This document shows, piece by piece, positions 61,729-64,000 of a stretch of 64,000 nucleotides of DNA. Each line of letters begins with the position of its first letter. Within the stretch, counting starts at the first letter, position 1. The notes under the pieces were generated by a model. That model made no database searches. It was not told the origin of the DNA and saw nothing but the letters and a program-made list of their open reading frames with translations. The stretch covers positions 582,338-646,337 of the forward strand of contig CAVYAQ010000003.1 in assembly GCA_963766565.1 (NCBI GenBank), in the 5' to 3' direction. The position numbers were made by a program, and so were the translations under genes. Origin of the DNA: an uncultured Actinomycetota bacterium. Its GTDB lineage: Bacteria > Actinomycetota > Thermoleophilia > Gaiellales > Gaiellaceae.

Positions 61729-62345
61729 TACCCGCGCACCTCCACGAGACCGTTCTTGTGCCCGGGAACCGAGCCCTTCACGATCAGGAGGTTCTTCTCG
61801 GCGTCGACGCTGTGGACGGTGAGCCCGAGCTGCGTGATCCGCTTGCCGCCCATCCGACCGGGGAGCTTCATTCCCTTGAACACCCGTGAGGGAGTCGCGG
61901 AAGCGCCGACCGAGCCGGGGGCGCGCACGTTGTGCGAGCCGTGGCCTCGGGGGCCGCTCGAGAAGTTGTGGCGCTTGATCGTGCCCTGGGTGCCCTTGCC
62001 GATCCCGACGCCTGCGACCTTGACCTCGTCGCCCGGCTCGAAGGCGGCGACGGTGACCGTCTCGCCCTCGACCGCGCCGTCGAGGCCGCCGCGGAACTCG
62101 ACGATCGTGCGATGGGCACCGACGCCGTGGCGCTTCAGATGCCCGAGCTCGGGCATCGTCACCTTCCACGCGGGCACCGGGTCGAACGCGAGCTGCACGC
62201 CGTCGTAACCGTCGATCGCCGCCGTCCGGACCTGGACGACCGGGCACGGCCCGGCCGCGATCACGGTGACAGGCGTCACCGCACCGCTCTCCGGGTCGAA
62301 GAGCTGGGTCATGCCCAGTTTTCTTCCGAGGATTCCCTTCGCCAT
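61728..62345 (-). CDS. rplC: 50S ribosomal protein uL3
   Basis: It starts [17 protein letters not shown] and contains ...[13 protein letters not shown]. Confidence 0.97.
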   Translation of the reverse strand: MAKGILGRKLGMTQLFDPESGAVTPVTVIAAGPCPVVQVRTAAIDGYDGVQLAFDPVPAWKVTMPELGHLKRHGVGAHRTIVEFRGGLDGAVEGETVTVAAFEPGDEVKVAGVGIGKGTQGTIKRHNFSSGPRGHGSHNVRAPGSVGASATPSRVFKGMKLPGRMGGKRITQLGLTVHSVDAEKNLLIVKGSVPGHKNGLVEVRG

Positions 62346-62653
62346 CAGAGCTTTATCTCGATGTCGATTCCTGCCGGAAGATCGAGCCGCATGAGCTGGT
62401 CGATCGTCTTCGGCGTCGGGCTCAGGATGTCGATCAGGCGCTTGTGCGTGCGCACTTCGAAGTGCTCGCGCGAGTCCTTATCCTTGAACGGGCTCCGGAT
62501 CACGCAGTACACGTTCTTCTCGGTCGGGAGCGGAACCGGACCGGTGATCGTCGCACCGCTCCTCTGAGCGGTGTCGACGATCTGCTGGGCCGACCGGTCC
62601 AGTTGCTGGTGGTCGTAGCCCTTGAGCCGGATGCGGATCTTTCCCTGTGCCAT
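62345..62653 (-). CDS. rpsJ: 30S ribosomal protein uS10
   Basis: It starts [26 protein letters not shown]. Confidence 0.97.
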   Translation of the reverse strand: MAQGKIRIRLKGYDHQQLDRSAQQIVDTAQRSGATITGPVPLPTEKNVYCVIRSPFKDKDSREHFEVRTHKRLIDILSPTPKTIDQLMRLDLPAGIDIEIKL

Positions 62654-62672
62654 GACGCTGAGTCTCCTTTGA

Positions 62673-63866
<1,194 letters not shown>

Positions 63867-63914
63867 GTTTTTTCCTCCGGAAAAAACTAGTGAATTGACT
63901 GGAATGGAATTTGC

Positions 63915-64000
63915 TTAGCTGCCATTACTCGCGATGATCTCGTCGGCTATCGATTTCGGGACGTCTTCGTACCGCTCGAACTGCATGGTGAAGTCTGCGC
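63915..64000 (-). CDS. fusA: elongation factor G, C-terminal end only (5' part outside window)
   Basis: The minus-strand frame reads ...ADFTMQFERYEDVPKSIADEIIASNGS with a stop at 63917-63915. This is a typical EF-G C-terminus upstream of tuf. Confidence 0.8.
   Translation of the reverse strand, partial: ADFTMQFERYEDVPKSIADEIIASNGS

Noticed and set aside
63867-63914. A T6CC-GGA-GGA6 palindrome enclosing the tuf Shine-Dalgarno sequence in the fusA-tuf spacer.
   Set aside because: It is a short A/T stem of trivial stability built around GGAGG. It is most likely just the ribosome-binding site in an AT-rich spacer.

Overview
This is a very GC-rich chromosomal core region of actinobacterial type (third codon positions are almost all G/C). 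It is almost fully coding, and most genes sit in minus-strand housekeeping operons.

**46.0-64.0 kb:** an uninterrupted run of fusA (partial)-tuf, then the S10, spc and alpha ribosomal-protein operons (rpsJ through rplQ, with secY, adk, map, infA, rpmJ and rpoA), then truA.

**0-46 kb:** gene order parallels the Mycobacterium Rv3579c-Rv3625c neighbourhood: yacP-rlmB-cysS, ispF-ispD-carD, radA, clpC, lysS, coaX, DUF2469-folK-folB-folP, ftsH, hpt, tilS. Interspersed are GNATs, deoD, a lipid kinase, dinB, a VanW protein, an acyl-CoA dehydrogenase, ku, two cell-wall hydrolases, a LuxR-type response regulator, a PBP4 gene, ligA and one tRNA-Pro(CGG).

**Accessory-looking patch (33.4-36.6 kb):** an IS200-like/RAYT tyrosine transposase, a frameshifted and truncated IS5-like transposase remnant, REP-like palindromic repeats, two tandem cupin genes, a HAD hydrolase, tRNA-Pro and a small Xis-like HTH ORF.

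I found no rRNA, CRISPR or prophage, and no convincing novel multi-gene system.

**Most noteworthy observations:**
1. Four single-base (+1) frame disruptions in otherwise intact conserved genes: lysS, rplR, and two in dacB. These are most simply assembly indels.
2. A roughly 40-50 bp intergenic palindrome-containing repeat family, with copies at 3.55, 34.4 and 40.7 kb and degenerate relatives, linked by proximity to the RAYT gene.
3. A divergent pair of cell-wall hydrolases that share one coiled-coil module. The 3D-domain gene is followed directly by an orphan response regulator.
4. Unusually long low-complexity extensions on several ribosomal proteins. uS3 is 499 aa with a duplicated internal module, and uS17 has about 115 extra N-terminal residues.
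5. A compact 331-aa GluRS-like paralog coupled to cysS.

All calls come from reading translations and motifs by eye. No database search was run.
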